A stretch of 64,000 bases of DNA from Acanthaster planci (Eukaryota): the NCBI RefSeq assembly GCF_001949145.1, contig NW_019091355.1, forward strand, positions 5,157,518-5,221,517. Reading direction: 5' to 3'. The notes beneath the pieces were generated by a model that had not been told where the DNA came from, did not search any database, and saw only the letters and a list, made by a program, of their open reading frames with translations. Shown here in pieces: positions 59,466-64,000 of this stretch (position 1 is the first letter of the stretch; each line of letters starts with the position of its first letter). The translations under genes were made by a program, and so were the position numbers.

Positions 59466-62400
59466 ACCTGTCAACATCCGTCCATGCACGAGTGGCGCGA
59501 AACTTTTGCGGTCTGATGAACAAAAAAATATGTTTTTACGCCTGGCGGTTAAAACATGCAGCCCTAGTGAACAGGGTTTGTACTCGTGCATTGTAACCAC
59601 TGATTATAGGGTCTGGATTCAAATCCTGTGATAAGGCATATATTGTGGCCTTGGGCAAGTCACTTTACCCCTCCCTTGCCCTTCTCCAACCAATACATGT
59701 GCATGTAGTATATGCCACATGGGTACCTGTTGTTGAGTGATAGAGTACAACCTAAAACAGTTGCCCCAATGGTTGAATACTCCCCATAGAATCAACATAT
59801 TCACAAGGAAAGGTTCTGGGCCCAGTGAGCAGAAACAATATGGTGCAAAGCGCGTTGGGAGTCCATCAGTGCTGCATTGTGCCATATCAATAATACTCGT
59901 GCATGTGAATTCCGAAATGGTTGGTAAATAGCAATGGGATGCAATGTGGGTCCTGACTGAATTTGTAGGTTAAATTGATCATGAGAGAGATTTCTGTTCT
60001 AGGCATACATTCATGAGGTCGCTACACTGGTCAACCTTGGCCATACACATGTACACACAAATCCCCTTGCATGTCCTTGTATGTGACAGTACAAAACACA
60101 AAATCTAATCGTCATTTACACATTACACGTATACATAAATGCACTACAGTTGCTCAGTTAATTTTGAGTTCATCTTTTTCCCCTGAGAAAATACGGTGGT
60201 ATATGCATAGTAATTTGAAACCAAAATCAAAAGTCATTTTAAACAATTACAAACTGATAGTTTCCGTTACTGACAAAAAAAAATTATGGTACAACGTGTA
60301 ATATACGGAAAAAAAAACAAGCACTGCACATACTCACTTATACCTTCCCAACAACAATTTGTATGTGCTTTTATCCTATCCTTGAACTTGAAGGGTACAA
60401 TGTAGGCCTACATGTACATGCCGGTACATGTACAGTGTACATGCAGAGTGCAATCAATGTTTTTGATTACAAACCATGCAGCTGTGTGCCTCTGTAAAAC
60501 TTATTTGCAACTTTGGCTTCACTATTTCAAAGGATGTTTTAATGCCTTTTGGTTTTTATGCTAATGAGTATTTCCAATTTTCCATATTCACGAGCAAACT
60601 GTGATGTCATCTCAGTAAGAAGCCTCAATGTTATATTGGTTTGTACACAAAGAAAGTTCTGCATTTTTGTCGATTTGCCTGGACTTACACGTAATTTTCT
60701 CCTCTTTGCTGATTCATCATTGTTCATGTGCACAGCAATAAGAAACCATCAATCCCTCTTGCAGAAATGTTTTCATTTAGTAAATTCTAGGTTCACAATT
60801 TGAAGAAAACTACAAAGATGCAAAAAAATTGTGTCAAAGAAAAATTCATTGCAGCTACACTTTAAAGTGTACACAAGCTACTGGTACCTGTAACGTAATG
60901 TGAATGCCTCGCAAATGTACTGTATGTGTCATTTGTGCACAATTCTTGCCAATGAGTGTATACATAAATTGTGCAAGTAAATACGTACATGTACAAATTG
61001 TACAATGCTGTACGGGTTCATGTACATGTCTTCAAGTATATGTATACATGTACTTGTGCTTGTTTATGTGTGTTTAATCATACATTTACATAGTACATGC
61101 ACAGGTGTACATGTATGTATCTGACAGCAGGGGAGTTCAACAGTAACATACATGTATATGTACATGTAATTCAACATGCTTCAACATGCAAGACAAAGCA
61201 TGCAAATCGTAGTGCACTGACCTCAGCACTATGATTAAATAGGCCTCATTGGTAAATGTTTGTTTTGCAAAAATCAATTGGCATTGACCACAGTGCTATC
61301 AACTTTCTAAATCTTCCAGCACAAGGCTAGATACAAGTATATTTGTAATCCGCATGCAGGAGAAGATCCAACAAACCAGTCGGTGGGGTGGTAGCCACCA
61401 GCCAGTACCAAACCTCACAAACGAGGATATCAGGATACCGGTACAGGTACATGTGCATATATATATACGTTGTACATGTATCCAATGACCTTGGAGCTGC
61501 CTAGTGCCAATTCTTCCTTCCCCTGTCGGTATAGGCCTTCACCTCTGTAGGGAAAGCTGACGGCTGACAGAATTGTGGGGCAAAAGTTGTCCACACAACA
61601 TCAAATTCCCTACAACATTTACATTTCAACACATGAGTGGTCCTCACAACTACAGGAAACAAACTAGTGTGTGTGTCTTTTTTGGTTCGGCCAAGCTCTC
61701 AAAGTCAGTCTACGGAACTCAGCATCTATCACAATCATGTTCCTGTTGATGCACTGTACATATCTTGACCAAGTTGACCCCACTCCACTCAATTCAAAGA
61801 AGGAAACTGTCCTGACATGCTCTTTCGTCATTGACCATACAGGTATTGGATTATGAACAACCCTGCTTTAATACACCAGGCACGATACCAGTATCTACTT
61901 CTCCATTCCTGGATCCAATGTCAATTACTGCTGTCAGTTTGGAACTTGCTCATCTAACGTGGTTGACTCCAATCTCATCTGTGCTCACACTGGTTCTGAT
62001 CCAGACCGAGCCTCAAAATCCAGGGTGGAGAAAGAAAACCACTTTTCCATGAAGTATTATTGTGTCCTCGTGATGCAAATGCATCCATGTACATGTACAT
62101 ACGTGTAAATGTACATACAACACGTACCCTCAGGATTTGCTTTGGAGGGGCACGATCAGATTTAATGAATGATTTATATTCATGGAGAATATCAACTCTG
62201 GACGGACAAATTAGGCAGATGTGAAACATCTCACCGAGCCCGGAAGCGAGTGACCCTGGCACTGACAATGTGACAGATTCCAGCAGGTAACGCTGATAAT
62301 GAGGAGAGAAGCATGGGATCTGTATGCAGAAAGAACACTCATTCCAACATGTCTACATGTGCGGTGCCTACAGCCCTACATGCACTGTATTACAAATGTA

Positions 62401-64000
62401 CATGCCGTTTGGGATACAGCACAATAATGCATACTATGTGTGGAAATTTACATTTGGTAACATAACATCCGTGTACCAGTACACCACCAAACAGTCTATG
62501 TCAAGATAGTACTTGCAGAGGGGAGGTTGGATTTTGATGAATTCTACAAACGGAGACTTTAAAATTAATTACATGCATTACCTTTTGGTACATGTGCAGG
62601 TGTAGTACATGTACTGTACATGTAGCAGTTCATGTACATGCACGGTACCAATGTTTAAATGGTCTGCAATTCATTCTAAAAACTTACATTTTTGGTGCCC
62701 ACACACTCAAAATTAAGGGGGAAATGCATGATGAGGAAAAATTTACATCAGACCAAATAAATGTACGTACCTGTACATGTATGTAGTTAATAAAGGTAGA
62801 CACGTACATGTACAGTAACACCACATAAAGGATTTAAAATACCGGGGGGGTATTTCAATAACAGTATTGTCTAAGGCGGTCTTGATTTTTTTTTTTGAGG
62901 GTCTGGGAAACACAGTCATGCACAAAAGGCAGCAAACAGACTGTCATGTTGTTCCTTGTGCCACCCACATGTACCCTGCATTATTATAGTCAAATAACTG
63001 ATGCTGTGTGTCCAGCACAGCATGTTCATGTCCACCAAGTATGCACACTATTCCATGGGTCAGCCATAAGCCTACTCGATGGGACATACACATGTACCAG
63101 TAGACAGTGAGAGTTTATTGTACTATACACAGGCATTTATAATACACTGTACATGCTAAAGGAGCCAGGGCGGCTACAGAAAAGAATTTTTGGAGTGCTG
63201 ACTGAATTCATGACAAACTCAATGTCTTTATCAAGGCTACGTGTAAATTACAAGTACGTGTGTGTGCATGTACAGTACATGTACGCACTTGTACATGTAA
63301 CACAAATGTACTTGTCATACCTCTGTCTTGGATACTGTTTGTTCATTGGCCCAGAACGATCACATGACAGGGCAACATATCTGCATATCACACTCACCGT
63401 GAGACATCTCATTCTGCCAATGGCATGTGCATGCGCATGAGACAGAAGAGCTTCGGGAAGTTCGAAAGCGACCTTTGCCACTCATTTAGTCAGATTTGCA
63501 TGGTACCCATGGTACCTACGTATTGTGCATGGGTTACCAGGGAATTTGATCAATGGTCGCACTCATGTAACAGACTCGTTCCCGCCCCCACAGTGTATAA
63601 GGTAATACAGGGACTGCCACCCAGACTACATTACATATGAACTTGTACTCACTGGTACCTGCAGTCCTGCACTACTTTCAAATTAAAGTTTACTCAATCA
63701 AAGAAAGTCAGGGAAAACTGCGTTCGCAAACAATATCATTTACGCCTGTTATATTATATGTATGTTGAATACACAGTTTGACAGTAGGACTATTGTCTTA
63801 TGAACTTCTGAAATTCAGAGCTTGTTTCTTCGGATAAATTCCTTAGCCTCAACATAATTAAGACAGAGGTAGTAAGTAAGACAAAAACAATTGTAGGCAT
63901 CTATGGAACAAAAATCAATACACTGTAGGTCAGTAACTCTAACTTTTAGACATGTTGGCTGGTACCTTCTTAAGCCCTTTACGGTCTTCCAGCTGACATT

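Noticed and set aside
53430..64000. WDFY3 promoter, first non-coding exon or neighbouring gene
   Set aside because: No clear CpG island, exon chain or recognisable ORF; cannot be located from sequence alone.

Overview
This is eukaryotic (animal) genomic DNA with five N-gaps. The repeat content resembles marine invertebrates such as echinoderms, but that is inference only. The window is dominated by one large minus-strand gene, the autophagy scaffold WDFY3/Alfy. I traced 33 coding exons by hand from the ATG at 53242 down to 842. Every splice phase is consistent, giving 5856 nt (1952 codons), i.e. the N-terminal half. The PH-BEACH/WD40/FYVE half must lie beyond position 1. One intron requires a non-canonical GC donor. 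The introns hold many short non-autonomous DNA transposons (hAT-, Tc1/mariner-, Harbinger- and TTAA/piggyBac-like, some nested), tRNA-derived SINEs, a tandem repeat, and a Penelope-like palindrome with a decayed hammerhead core. The most unusual signal is a family of TA-bounded micro-motifs (TACATGTA, TACCGGTA, TACAGGTA, TACAGTA and others). They are dense over about 32-64 kb (5' introns and upstream) and sparse elsewhere, and they look like mass Tc1/mariner excision footprints. No prokaryotic features, CRISPR arrays or intact transposases were seen. All similarity calls come from recall, not database searches.
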